The position numbers were made by a program, and so were the translations under genes. Shown in pieces: positions 9,258 to 18,403 of a DNA stretch of 64,000 nt. Numbering within the stretch: position 1 is the first letter of the stretch; every line of letters begins with the position of its first letter. The notes under the pieces are model-generated. The model searched no databases. It was not told the DNA's origin and saw nothing but the letters and a program-made list of their open reading frames with translations. This stretch comes from a phage, in the sequence record NC_101842.1. One strand, given 5' to 3'.

Positions 9258-9575
9258 TCATTCTCCAAAGTCAATCTTTACTTTGCCTTTCCCCTTACCT
9301 TTCTTTCCACCGCATTTAGCCAGCTGACGTGCTGCAACATCTACCATACGGTCAGTTGCCTCGTAAGCATCACTACCTTTAGCCTTGGCAATAACTTCTT
9401 TTCCAGAATTGTCAAAAATGAACGCCATAACTTCCTGGTGATCATTTTCAACTTTTACACTCACACGTGCATAGTTGGCAGAGGGGTGCAAACGCTCCAG
9501 TTTAGACATTTTGTTGGAAATGAAAGACACCATACCTTCAGTGATTTCTACGTTGCCAGTGATTTCAATTTGCAT
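9258..9575 (-). CDS. hpf: ribosome hibernation promoting factor / RaiA (YfiA) family homologue
   Basis: MQIEITGNVEIT...KLE...VSVKVE...KAKGSDAYEATDRMVDVAARQL aligns along its length with E. coli HPF (MQLNITGNNVEIT...KLEQY...VVLKVEK...SAEGQDMYAAIDGLIDKLARQL); Lys/Gly-rich C-tail. Confidence 0.75.
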   Translation of the reverse strand: MQIEITGNVEITEGMVSFISNKMSKLERLHPSANYARVSVKVENDHQEVMAFIFDNSGKEVIAKAKGSDAYEATDRMVDVAARQLAKCGGKKGKGKGKVKIDFGE

Positions 9576-9657
9576 AACGTGTTCCTTTTAAAGAAGAGGG
9601 AACCAAACCCTCTTTGAAAACAATGATACTAAATCTGAAGCGTTGTGTCAACAGTTT

Positions 9658-9948
9658 TTACAGATTGTTGTCGATAGTTTTTAAAATATCCACAGCAAGA
9701 TCTGCCATTTTTCGAACATACTCTGCAAACTCAACAGGATCCTTGATCAAAGAATTCACAGGGTCGTACCCTAGAGCGTTCAAAATGGCTGCAGCATCTA
9801 CAACCTTCTCATCATTTGCGAAGATCTCTCCATCAAACTTGTAGGTCCATTTTGAGTCAATCTTGGCAGGGAAGGATTGGTCAACGCTTGTTACACCATC
9901 CTTTTTAAACGCTCCGGTGTTATCAGTGTCCAGAACTAAATCCATCAT
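9658..9948 (-). CDS. hypothetical protein (96 aa)
   Basis: ORF track. Confidence 0.45.
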   Translation of the reverse strand: MMDLVLDTDNTGAFKKDGVTSVDQSFPAKIDSKWTYKFDGEIFANDEKVVDAAAILNALGYDPVNSLIKDPVEFAEYVRKMADLAVDILKTIDNNL

Positions 9949-9965
9949 GTTAGTACCCCACTGTT

Positions 9966-10364
9966 TCAGTTTAGCTTTTCTTCAACAACCCCATAGCTCG
10001 GGACAGAGTCAAGAGCTTTCTGGTTTAAAAGTGGTGTAGCAGAATCTGCAAACGGTGTCCAAGTTTTTGTTCTGGCATTCCAGTAATGCTTCACTCTGGA
10101 ATCTGGATGCACTATAACAAAAACTTTTTCACTTGTCAACACATTAATTTCTTCTACACCCTTGCTGATAATTTCTCCGTCATAGCCCCCAGTCTGGTAT
10201 CCTTCGTACCAGGTTCTTGCATAGGCATAGCCAGCTTGCCAGCATGCAGCCTCCTCCGAGGTGGAGACTACGTAGAAGTCTTTCTCAAATTCTGGAATAC
10301 GCCCTTGCTTTATGCTCCAAGCTCCGCGAATTTTCATTGTAACTTTGAACAGTTTATTTTTCAC
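9966..10364 (-). CDS. hypothetical protein (132 aa), paralogue of 7764-8159
   Basis: shared HPDS..HYW....TWTP motif. Confidence 0.5.
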   Translation of the reverse strand: MKNKLFKVTMKIRGAWSIKQGRIPEFEKDFYVVSTSEEAACWQAGYAYARTWYEGYQTGGYDGEIISKGVEEINVLTSEKVFVIVHPDSRVKHYWNARTKTWTPFADSATPLLNQKALDSVPSYGVVEEKLN

Positions 10365-10376
10365 AACGGTTACCCA

Positions 10377-10631
10377 TCACAGCTCTACAATATCTGCATC
10401 TGACCCTACCCCAAAGGCATAATAGGACTCTTCCCCGAAATAATATTCAGGTGCACCAGCGGTGATCAGGTCTGCTCCTAAGATAAACACTACGTTGTGG
10501 CCTACATAACTGTGATGTTGCCGAACAGGATCATCCCACGGCAACCCTTCAAAGTATACCGCAGGAACGACCTTTCCCTTCAGGAAGGATTGTCCCAAGT
10601 AGACGTTAGAATCAAGAATTTTAACCTTCAT
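10377..10631 (-). CDS. hypothetical small protein (84 aa), MKVKILDS family
   Basis: near-identical N-terminus pattern to 10621-10848 (MMKVKVLDSSFYIGQ) and 14279-14512. Confidence 0.5.
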   Translation of the reverse strand: MKVKILDSNVYLGQSFLKGKVVPAVYFEGLPWDDPVRQHHSYVGHNVVFILGADLITAGAPEYYFGEESYYAFGVGSDADIVEL

Positions 10632-10848
10632 GATTGTCCTCCACTATCTCTACATCCTCACCTAGGGCAAAGTTGTAGGTCCACTGACTGTCAAAGCATT
10701 CCTGAGATGCACCAGCGGCAATAAGATCTGCCCCTTTTATTTTTAAAAGGTCGGGGTAATCTTCGTTAGGGACAGCAGTAAACACTTTCCCCACTAAGGG
10801 CTCCTGACCAATATAGAAGCTTGAATCTAAAACTTTAACTTTCATCAA
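10621..10848 (-). CDS. hypothetical small protein (75 aa), MKVKVLDS family
   Basis: paralogue of 10377-10631. Confidence 0.5.
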   Translation of the reverse strand: MMKVKVLDSSFYIGQEPLVGKVFTAVPNEDYPDLLKIKGADLIAAGASQECFDSQWTYNFALGEDVEIVEDNHEG

Positions 10849-11132
10849 CGGTCTCCATCAGGTGGTTGTGGGACGTAAACACTGTTACGAATATCGTCCG
10901 CAGTATAGTAATAAGTGTCTCCAACCCTATCTCTGGCTGCAATGTACTCTGCTATACCAATAAGTGCCATTGATTTGGTGGCGTATCTTCCCCACTCGTT
11001 AGCTCCCCAGTAGAATTTAGACCAGTAAGGAATAAGACCGAACAAATATACCTTTTGACGAACTTCCCAGTAAGTGCCTTTTCCGACAAGTTTAAACTCG
11101 ACTTCACTACTGTTAATCTTTTTCATTATCAA
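10845..11132 (-). CDS. hypothetical protein (95 aa), aromatic-rich
   Basis: ORF track. Confidence 0.45.
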   Translation of the reverse strand: MIMKKINSSEVEFKLVGKGTYWEVRQKVYLFGLIPYWSKFYWGANEWGRYATKSMALIGIAEYIAARDRVGDTYYYTADDIRNSVYVPQPPDGDR

Positions 11133-11425
11133 TCTCCCTCTACCGTGGTAGGATTGTCAGTAAGAAATTGAGCATTGGCTGGAGGCACGCCTGACATTTT
11201 CCACACAACCATAAGTTTGTAACCAGGCACTCTATTAAGTGCAGATCGAGTAGAGTTTGTGCACGTATACTTTCGCTTTCCAAACCCGTTCTCCATCATA
11301 ATCCAGTACCCAGTATCTTTGTCACCAGGTATCGGTAGACCACCTTCATCAACCCACTGAATGGACCACGGCACGATGGCTACAGCTTTATATTTAAACT
11401 TTTTAAACCACTCAAAAAGTTTCAT
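11129..11425 (-). CDS. hypothetical protein (98 aa)
   Basis: ORF track. Confidence 0.45.
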   Translation of the reverse strand: MKLFEWFKKFKYKAVAIVPWSIQWVDEGGLPIPGDKDTGYWIMMENGFGKRKYTCTNSTRSALNRVPGYKLMVVWKMSGVPPANAQFLTDNPTTVEGD

Positions 11426-11520
11426 AATTCAGCCTCGCATAGACATAATCACTATAAACAGGCAAACAATGAATCCGAATGCCACGCCACCCATAAACGT
11501 TAATATTGATGCAATCATAG

Positions 11521-11706
11521 TCAATCAGCCTCGCTTGGCAACTCTTCTACCTTAACATGCCGAAAAGTGTTACCGTAATGGTTGATCCATGACATCAGCT
11601 CGCTTTCTTGCTCTTCCTCTGGGATGAACTCTCGAATGCTGACAAGTTTTAAGAAAACCCAATCACAATCTGCACCCATTCTACCAGACAGGCAATAGTG
11701 CTTCAT
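11521..11706 (-). CDS. hypothetical small protein (61 aa)
   Basis: ORF track. Confidence 0.35.
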   Translation of the reverse strand: MKHYCLSGRMGADCDWVFLKLVSIREFIPEEEQESELMSWINHYGNTFRHVKVEELPSEAD

Positions 11707-11724
11707 AAAACCCTCCCGCCTGGT

Positions 11725-11919
11725 TTAGAATATTGCTTCTTCCATTGCGCCTGAGAGCAACAAAGAGGTGATCTGGCTAACATTCATCTCAGACTCTACT
11801 TCCTCCCCTTTGAAAGGTTCGCGGCAGAATAGGACTGTTTCAGGACTTTTACTTCGAACAATATAATACAAATCATTCAATGTGTTGTAGTAATAAGTGT
11901 TAAAACGTAAGTTTTTCAT
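11725..11919 (-). CDS. hypothetical small protein (64 aa)
   Basis: ORF track. Confidence 0.35.
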   Translation of the reverse strand: MKNLRFNTYYYNTLNDLYYIVRSKSPETVLFCREPFKGEEVESEMNVSQITSLLLSGAMEEAIF

Positions 11920-12203
11920 TTTCTAGTCCTCTTCTTAGATTTTTGGGGAGAAACGCTTTCTGCAATACGAGACAGACGTTCTTCTGAAGCCTTACCTACT
12001 CCAGGTTTTTTGAGTGGATTATCTTTATGACCACAATCCAACTGGATATTGGATACCTCTCCAACTTTGTAAGTCAATTCTAGCAAAAGGTTGTCGTCCT
12101 TGTCAAATGTTTTTACGATAAATTTTTTATCGTTCTCCTGAACTTCATATCTGGTACCTGCAGTATACAGCATGGTGCCATCAGCATAGGATATCCAAAT
12201 CAT
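11916..12203 (-). CDS. hypothetical protein (95 aa), basic C-tail
   Basis: ORF track. Confidence 0.45.
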   Translation of the reverse strand: MIWISYADGTMLYTAGTRYEVQENDKKFIVKTFDKDDNLLLELTYKVGEVSNIQLDCGHKDNPLKKPGVGKASEERLSRIAESVSPQKSKKRTRK

Positions 12204-12547
12204 TGAGCCTCCTTTTGCTGCAACAGCATTAACTCTTTGTTAGAAATCTTTACTGCTGTTTTTATTGTTCCATCTTCACGAAACCACGACCAGAACTCTA
12301 CAGTGTCACCACTATCAAGTAAAGCATGCCCATGGTAAAAATCTTTGTCCTTAGACAGTTTCTCATCTATATCTGCATCAACACATTCGTGATCCATAGC
12401 ATTTTGCCTGAACGCATCGGTTATGCCAATGCACGCCTTGCTCTCAAGACTGGTATATCCGATATCTTTTAATTCAGTTTCCCAAGTCCAGTACCCTATA
12501 AAAGCTAAAACAGCTACCCACAGTAATAACGTTTTAATCTTTGGCAT
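12200..12547 (-). CDS. hypothetical exported or membrane-anchored protein (N-terminal signal anchor)
   Basis: MPKIKTLLLWVAVLAFIGYWTW hydrophobic N-terminus. Confidence 0.45.
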   Translation of the reverse strand: MPKIKTLLLWVAVLAFIGYWTWETELKDIGYTSLESKACIGITDAFRQNAMDHECVDADIDEKLSKDKDFYHGHALLDSGDTVEFWSWFREDGTIKTAVKISNKELMLLQQKEAQ

Positions 12548-12609
12548 TCTCTCTACCTCTTTCTTAGTTTATTTCACTATGGCACATCCTTTGTGCCATA
12601 TCTCAACTA

Positions 12610-13080
12610 CTATTTAAATAGTAGTTCAAAATAGTGCAAAATTAACAGAAGTTGAACTACACCTAGTGCAACGGCGAGTATGTTAATCTTAGAATCGAAA
12701 AACTTCTTAACTTTTACTCTAAAAGGTTCCTTAATGTCCTTTACGATCCTATCTATAGATGACCTCATATCTCTGATTACCATCCTGAACATTAAAGACG
12801 GATGCTCCCCCATCTCTGTAACGGAATCGAAAACATACTCTCTTCGGTCATAAGGGCCGCCAGCTCTGCGTATTAACCTCTCCACAGAGACCTCGAACGT
12901 CACACCTGTAACGTAATCATCTATAACAAGTCGTGACGGGTCTTTACCTTTACTATCAAGAGGTATCAAAGTTATCTTTCCAGATTTTGTTAAAATTTCC
13001 CCTTTTTCAAGCAAGGTGTACCAATGCTCTCTGCCAAGACTGTTGAGGCACGTTTTTACATATTTAACAAACATCGTCAC
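12610..13080 (-). CDS. hypothetical tail-anchored membrane protein (C-terminal TM helix)
   Basis: C-terminal ILAVALGVVQLLLILHYFELLFK. Confidence 0.45.
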   Translation of the reverse strand: MTMFVKYVKTCLNSLGREHWYTLLEKGEILTKSGKITLIPLDSKGKDPSRLVIDDYVTGVTFEVSVERLIRRAGGPYDRREYVFDSVTEMGEHPSLMFRMVIRDMRSSIDRIVKDIKEPFRVKVKKFFDSKINILAVALGVVQLLLILHYFELLFK

Positions 13081-13280
13081 CCCTCATCGCACGTCTGATA
13101 TAACCACTCTATAAAATCTTGATACCATTCGCCCTCTGAGCGCTCCGTAGGCCAATAATCTTCACCCTCTCGTGCATTAAAATCTGAGTATTCAACTTTC
13201 CACTCCTTTACCAGCTCGTGGAGAAGGTTTTCAGCCTGCTCTAAAGATTTATTTTTTACCATTGCTGTCTCCTTTTTCAA
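13077..13280 (-). CDS. hypothetical small protein (67 aa)
   Basis: ORF track. Confidence 0.4.
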   Translation of the reverse strand: MKKETAMVKNKSLEQAENLLHELVKEWKVEYSDFNAREGEDYWPTERSEGEWYQDFIEWLYQTCDEG

Positions 13281-13481
13281 GATAGTTATACATCAGAACT
13301 GCACCACCTAAGATGGCTACCAGTAACAATACCCCAGATAGCATCTCAATAAACATGGCTTGAAACACTGGAAGGCCTCCCTAAATTAACGCACCATTTT
13401 AAATACATGCTCTTTTCCCATAAAGGTGCCTGGCTAAGATCTGCGTAGAACGCAATCTCTTTAAGAACAGTATAAACAGTT

Positions 13482-13718
13482 TTAGGTGCGGTCTCCATCC
13501 CTACCCTCCTTTTTCTCCTTACGGATATTCTTGTAGTAATCAACCAGGCACATTATCACGATGAAGATAACAACAGGCCAAAAAGGTGCAGCAGTGATGA
13601 TGGTGATAAAATCATCAAACTTCACCCTTCGTCTGGACACGATGCATACACCTGTCAAGAATACCGCTGTTATAACGGACATTACCAGGTAACCTATTAG
13701 CACAACATTTATACTCAT
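13482..13718 (-). CDS. small two-TMD membrane protein with charged C-terminus (holin-like topology)
   Basis: two hydrophobic segments then KNIRKEKKEGRDGDRT; not adjacent to the endolysin. Confidence 0.3.
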   Translation of the reverse strand: MSINVVLIGYLVMSVITAVFLTGVCIVSRRRVKFDDFITIITAAPFWPVVIFIVIMCLVDYYKNIRKEKKEGRDGDRT

Positions 13719-13748
13719 TGGTCCTCCCTTTGTAGGTTAAATTGTATA

Positions 13749-14282
13749 CTACAAATGGCAACTGAGGGTGTCAAGAAAATTATCCCGTTCTTTCTCAGAG
13801 TTTTCATGGGTGTAGCTGAAAAACATATCGAGAATAACCTTATTGATATATTCCAGCTCCTCTGTGTTCAGATGCTTAGCAGGATCTACAATGACATCCC
13901 AAATATCATACAGACCACACTCATGATACCCATAACGCCACTCAATTGTCAAGCTGAGCGGCAAATCTTTACCGTCACAAACAACCTTCCATCTACATAT
14001 GTTGGTATCTGGTCGTATCTGTGCACGGTACACCTGTACAAAATCCAATTTGAATTTGAGGTACTCGTCATACAATTTAAGCACAAAGCTCTCGATTTGT
14101 GGAGACACTTTTGCAGCAAACTGTGCGTATTTGTACTTGCACTGGATGATCTTTCTGCGTTTTGCAGTTAAATTTTTTGCCGCCAGTTGTTCTTCAGTGT
14201 ATCTCCACCTACGATCAACAAACGCAACAGGGTCTTTGTCCCCATAGAGGTCTTCCCAGTTAATCAGAAGCATACCTGTCAC
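13749..14282 (-). CDS. hypothetical protein (177 aa)
   Basis: ORF track. Confidence 0.45.
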   Translation of the reverse strand: MTGMLLINWEDLYGDKDPVAFVDRRWRYTEEQLAAKNLTAKRRKIIQCKYKYAQFAAKVSPQIESFVLKLYDEYLKFKLDFVQVYRAQIRPDTNICRWKVVCDGKDLPLSLTIEWRYGYHECGLYDIWDVIVDPAKHLNTEELEYINKVILDMFFSYTHENSEKERDNFLDTLSCHL

Positions 14283-14512
14283 TCCTCCACAACTTCAAGG
14301 CCTTTACCGCCTCGCTCTGGCAGATTACTTAAAGATAGGTAATACATATAATCAGGAGAGATCCTGCCAGACTCTGCACCTGCAGCTAGTAAATCCTTCC
14401 CTTTAACCAGGACAACATTCTCGTTTGCAGATAGCTGTTTTGCTTCCACAATTTTACCAACACAGTCAACCAAGGAAGGGTACCCTAAATCTGTAAGAAA
14501 TTTAACTTTCAT
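14279..14512 (-). CDS. hypothetical small protein (77 aa), MKVKFLTD family
   Basis: MKVKFLTDLGYP...LEVVEE resembles 10377-10631 family. Confidence 0.5.
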   Translation of the reverse strand: MKVKFLTDLGYPSLVDCVGKIVEAKQLSANENVVLVKGKDLLAAGAESGRISPDYMYYLSLSNLPERGGKGLEVVEE

Positions 14513-14551
14513 GCTACCTCCTGCTTCTACCGTCCCTGGTAAGATAAATTA

Positions 14552-14953
14552 TTACTGAACAGAGCGCGGGGCTAGGAAGGATAACTCTTCTAAAGAGAAG
14601 ATTTCATTTCCTACCACCCAAGTTGCTGGATCATCTGGGTCAACAGGCTGGATAATCATTACCTCATCCGCCTCGCACACACGTTTCCCACCTATAGTAG
14701 CGGAGTCAGCCACTAGCATACGAGGCTCTTCAGAAATGCACAGGTAACCTCCTCGGCCCACTGTTCCTTCCACAGGATCCTGCCCTTTGACCACAATGAA
14801 TACCTTCTCTCCTGTGGCGATATTACTTTGCACACTAACAGTTTGACCAACTTTAGATGTACCGATCTTGGTGGCTTCAAACATTAAATCCCGAATTACT
14901 GTTGCATAGTTGCCGGACACTTTCTTACCTTCTTTAGTAATCTCAATCTTCAT
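14552..14953 (-). CDS. hypothetical protein (133 aa), MKIEITKEG N-terminus
   Basis: ORF track. Confidence 0.45.
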   Translation of the reverse strand: MKIEITKEGKKVSGNYATVIRDLMFEATKIGTSKVGQTVSVQSNIATGEKVFIVVKGQDPVEGTVGRGGYLCISEEPRMLVADSATIGGKRVCEADEVMIIQPVDPDDPATWVVGNEIFSLEELSFLAPRSVQ

Positions 14954-15225
14954 AATCTAGGCTCCTTAAATGAATCTATGTAATCAATTAAATCCCAAGC
15001 ATCGCGATGGGCTGTCAGAGGGTATACTTCTCCGAGAGGGATCATAGCAATAAGTCTATCAAAAACCCAGTCTGGACGCAACATTTTATGGTGATATTCC
15101 CACTCACCTTCCACAGATTTTTTCTGAGTGATCAGGATCTCTGTGTAGTGTTTCGACTGTCTTGAGTAGATTGAAAATGACTTGTACATAAATGACCCCC
15201 TCTTGTTGAAAACAACAATACACAA
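14950..15225 (-). CDS. hypothetical protein (91 aa)
   Basis: ORF track. Confidence 0.4.
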   Translation of the reverse strand: MCIVVFNKRGSFMYKSFSIYSRQSKHYTEILITQKKSVEGEWEYHHKMLRPDWVFDRLIAMIPLGEVYPLTAHRDAWDLIDYIDSFKEPRL

Positions 15226-15510
15226 CTACCAGGTTACTGTCAAGTAGGCAACCGTATTATTTTTCTCTGGGGAGATGCCAACAACATCTACCTGCAGACC
15301 TCCTGCCCTTAAATCTCCAACAATGTGCGGGAAGTAATCTGAGAGATGCGATGGTAGATTTATCGAAAATCCGCACCCCAGAAAGCCTGCTAACGCTTTA
15401 TTTTGTATCTCCCCTACAATCGCATCATAAATAGAGTTAAGCTCGTCAGGAAGCGTTACAGGACGTTTTAGCGCTAACTGGTGTAATTTGTCCTTAGCAC
15501 TCATTTTCAT
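15226..15510 (-). CDS. hypothetical protein (start refined to MKMSAKDKL, ATGA overlap with upstream stop)
   Basis: upstream gene ends at 15507, so start at 15510 is the first ATG compatible with coupling. Confidence 0.4.
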   Translation of the reverse strand: MKMSAKDKLHQLALKRPVTLPDELNSIYDAIVGEIQNKALAGFLGCGFSINLPSHLSDYFPHIVGDLRAGGLQVDVVGISPEKNNTVAYLTVTW

Positions 15511-16040
15511 TTCAGGTCTACCTCTGGAGGTGCCAACCACATAAATGGCGGCAAGTCTAAACGGTTTTTCTTATCCCAGACAAAATATGCATATGCTTGC
15601 CCGTCAGTTCTGCCATTTGATTGAAAAGATGGACGCTTAGATATTGTGATCACAGTGGTAGGTGCATTATCAAGCCACCATTCAAATCTGGCTTTGCTTT
15701 CCAGAAAATTAAGACGCAAAAGCATAATAACTACGTCAGCATCTTTCAACGCCTTGTCTACAAACTCACGAGCCAAACTGTATGGTGGGTTGGTGATAAT
15801 ACAGTCAACATGGTTGTATTCTGTATTCAGATAGTCAACACCTTCTTGGATTTCTCCCCATGCAGATCCTAACGGCATACGTGAGTAGAACACACCTGAG
15901 GCACTATTCCTGCAAGGCTCTAAATAGGTCCAGTCTTCTGGGAACGTAATAAGGTCATACAGCCCTTCTGCACACCACTCCGGTGTCACATACTCATCGT
16001 AAGCGTTACGTTGTTCATCAGGTTTTCTAGCACAAGTCAT
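15507..16040 (-). CDS. DNA N6-adenine methyltransferase (small, NPPY motif)
   Basis: YVTPEW, EPCRNSASG, IITNPPYS motifs. Confidence 0.6.
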   Translation of the reverse strand: MTCARKPDEQRNAYDEYVTPEWCAEGLYDLITFPEDWTYLEPCRNSASGVFYSRMPLGSAWGEIQEGVDYLNTEYNHVDCIITNPPYSLAREFVDKALKDADVVIMLLRLNFLESKARFEWWLDNAPTTVITISKRPSFQSNGRTDGQAYAYFVWDKKNRLDLPPFMWLAPPEVDLK

Positions 16041-16055
16041 GCAAATCTCCAGATC

Positions 16056-16081
16056 ATAAAAGCCCTCCGAAGAGGGCTTTA
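16056..16081 (-). terminator. intercistronic GC hairpin (aagccctc-cgaa-gagggctt)
   Basis: 8-bp stem, tetraloop, between ClpP-like gene and methyltransferase. Confidence 0.4.
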
Positions 16082-16091
16082 GAATTAATGT

Positions 16092-17138
16092 TTAAGCTTC
16101 TTCGACAATTCCTGCACCCAGGATTTTTTCATTGAGCTCTTTTGCTGTTTTAATAATATTGTCCACCAGACGCTTGCGAGTCTTATCTTTTACCTTAACC
16201 TCTTCACCGCCGTTCAGGGTTGTCTTCAATTGGGACAGAATGTCTTGAAGTTCAACGACAGAGAATCGCTGCAGATCTTCTGAGGTAATCTCACCTAAGG
16301 CAATCTTAATGGTCTCACCACTTTCCATCTGCAGATTTAGGAACACAGTGTGAACATCACCTTTCGAACCAACCGCTTTCGCAGATTCAACAGCATGAAC
16401 TAGCTCATCTAAAGAGGTGCACTGGTGAATCTCAGGAAGACCTGCTTCACCTAACACGCCTTCATCACCTTTTGCCAGAAGCTTTTTAGGTTTTTGTCCG
16501 TTCTGGATGCGCTGTATGTTACCTTCATCCAGAATGATGGCTCCAGTTCGAGCTGCCAGCTCCTCTCCGTCCAACCACACTTCACCACCAGCTGTGATGG
16601 ATGCGATCTCATCTTCTGTCAGCACCCCACCGTAGTATTTTTCGATCAGGCGTTCAAAACGTTTTTTCCAGTAGCTGACCTGAGTATTCATGTTCACACC
16701 GTTACCATAAGTGCCACCTTGATAGTAGTGGAACATAAATTCTGTGTCCGGAGCCACAGTGCGTTCTTTACAACCCAGCCATAAGATTGTTCCCGCAGAG
16801 CAGCACATCCCTTCAGCATGTGCAACAACGCTTGCCTGAGACTCGCGGAATGCCTGTAGATAAGCCATTGCAATGTGCACGCAACCACCAGGGCTATTGA
16901 TGATCACCCGAATGCTTTCTTCCGGCTGAGCCATACGGATCGTCTGCAGACGAGACATATGATCCTGCAGGTCTTCCAAATCGTCGATATAAAGAACGTG
17001 GTCAACAACAGGTGTTGGGTAGCTGTATGTTTCCATGATACCGCCCGGCATACCAAACATTTTATTACTCATAGGTTCGAAACCGTTCTGTTTTTCTTTC
17101 ATGCCGTGTACCATGGTGCTGCGAGGTGTTAAATTCAT
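16092..17138 (-). CDS. ClpP / S14-family serine peptidase homologue with about 150-aa C-terminal extension
   Basis: VIINSPGGCV...GMCCSAGTILWLG...FMFHYYQGG aligns with E. coli ClpP INSPGG...GQAASMGAFLL...VMIHQPLGG. Confidence 0.65.
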   Translation of the reverse strand: MNLTPRSTMVHGMKEKQNGFEPMSNKMFGMPGGIMETYSYPTPVVDHVLYIDDLEDLQDHMSRLQTIRMAQPEESIRVIINSPGGCVHIAMAYLQAFRESQASVVAHAEGMCCSAGTILWLGCKERTVAPDTEFMFHYYQGGTYGNGVNMNTQVSYWKKRFERLIEKYYGGVLTEDEIASITAGGEVWLDGEELAARTGAIILDEGNIQRIQNGQKPKKLLAKGDEGVLGEAGLPEIHQCTSLDELVHAVESAKAVGSKGDVHTVFLNLQMESGETIKIALGEITSEDLQRFSVVELQDILSQLKTTLNGGEEVKVKDKTRKRLVDNIIKTAKELNEKILGAGIVEEA

Positions 17139-17198
17139 GAGAAATCCTTAATATTGGAAGTTGAAAGCTATTTATTTAAACCTGATTCACATTTACCT

Positions 17199-17510
17199 TT
17201 ATTTAGCAATCACTATGGAATACTTACGATTGTCAGAAGCATCACAACTCAATGATTGCCAGTCTACCACATACCACGTATCATTGTCAACAATTACTTT
17301 ATCGCCTGTTCTGTAGCAGGTGCTGCTTTCAATAATTCGAGACTCGATAAAGAATCTGTGTCGGCGCTCACGTAGCAACGCTAAGTTGATTATATTACCA
17401 CCACTGTCCTTGATCCACACATTCTTGGATCCTTTATTTGCCAAAATTGTCTCACCGTTGTAGACGAACAGGCAGTATATTTTATTCAGTCTCTCTTGTA
17501 TTGTAGCCAT
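17199..17510 (-). CDS. hypothetical protein (103 aa, start refined to MATIQERL)
   Basis: aaggagaaggag RBS immediately upstream of internal ATG. Confidence 0.4.
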   Translation of the reverse strand: MATIQERLNKIYCLFVYNGETILANKGSKNVWIKDSGGNIINLALLRERRHRFFIESRIIESSTCYRTGDKVIVDNDTWYVVDWQSLSCDASDNRKYSIVIAK

Positions 17511-17614
17511 ACTATCTCCTTCTCCTTGTTTTGTCCGATGATAATATCTAAAGCTTACCTGTTTGTCAACAACTGTTTTAGATATTTTAAGGGTGGAATA
17601 ACCACCCTTCTGTA

Positions 17615-18403
17615 TTACTCGGAAACAGGGGTCCAAATATGATTTGCACGATCTTCAATAAGATTGAGTGCAATCTGACGACCCAACCCGGAACGAACGA
17701 CATCGTCTGGACTATCAAAGCTAATCATTCCAACCTCAGGATCTGGATGACGAGTAAAGAAATCCGTCACCCATGCGAGGCCAGATTTACCAGGGATGTC
17801 ACGTTGGCTATTATCACCCATAATTACAAGGGTGGCTTGATCAGAGATCCTTGTGATAATTGACAACATTTCTTCAGGGTTAGTTTGCTGTGCCTCGTCA
17901 ATCAGGACAAAGCATCGCTCATCGAAACTACGACCACGAATGCTTTCAACTTCACAAATCTCGATACGACTGTTCTGACCGTCTCCCAGCATTGCGGTAA
18001 AAGCACCTTTGCCAACACGACGACAAATCGTGTCCATCATGCTTCGAAGATAGGGCCACAGTTTCTGCATTGCATTTCCGGGTTTAAATCCTGAAGTCTT
18101 TCCTGTCTGGACGTAAGGACGTGCAACAATGATCTTATCAATCTCGTTCTTACGCAGAAGATCACCTGCATATGCAGATGCCATAAATGTCTTACCGGAT
18201 CCAAACACACCGTTTACAATAATAATCTTACGTGACCCTAGATAATCAAGATACTTTTGCTGCTTCTTATTCATTGGTCGGAGAGCTGGAGCGGTGTGCT
18301 CTCTTTCGTCAGCAAATTTCTCAGCAGCCTTACGCAGGCGATCAGATTTGCGAGCCTCTCTAGCTTCATCACGCATGCGTTTTGTTTCTTTAGCTCGACC
18401 CAT
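17615..18403 (-). CDS. phoH: PhoH-like ATPase
   Basis: Walker A GVFGSGKTF, LIDEAQ motif, PhoH-like length. Confidence 0.8.
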   Translation of the reverse strand: MGRAKETKRMRDEAREARKSDRLRKAAEKFADEREHTAPALRPMNKKQQKYLDYLGSRKIIIVNGVFGSGKTFMASAYAGDLLRKNEIDKIIVARPYVQTGKTSGFKPGNAMQKLWPYLRSMMDTICRRVGKGAFTAMLGDGQNSRIEICEVESIRGRSFDERCFVLIDEAQQTNPEEMLSIITRISDQATLVIMGDNSQRDIPGKSGLAWVTDFFTRHPDPEVGMISFDSPDDVVRSGLGRQIALNLIEDRANHIWTPVSE

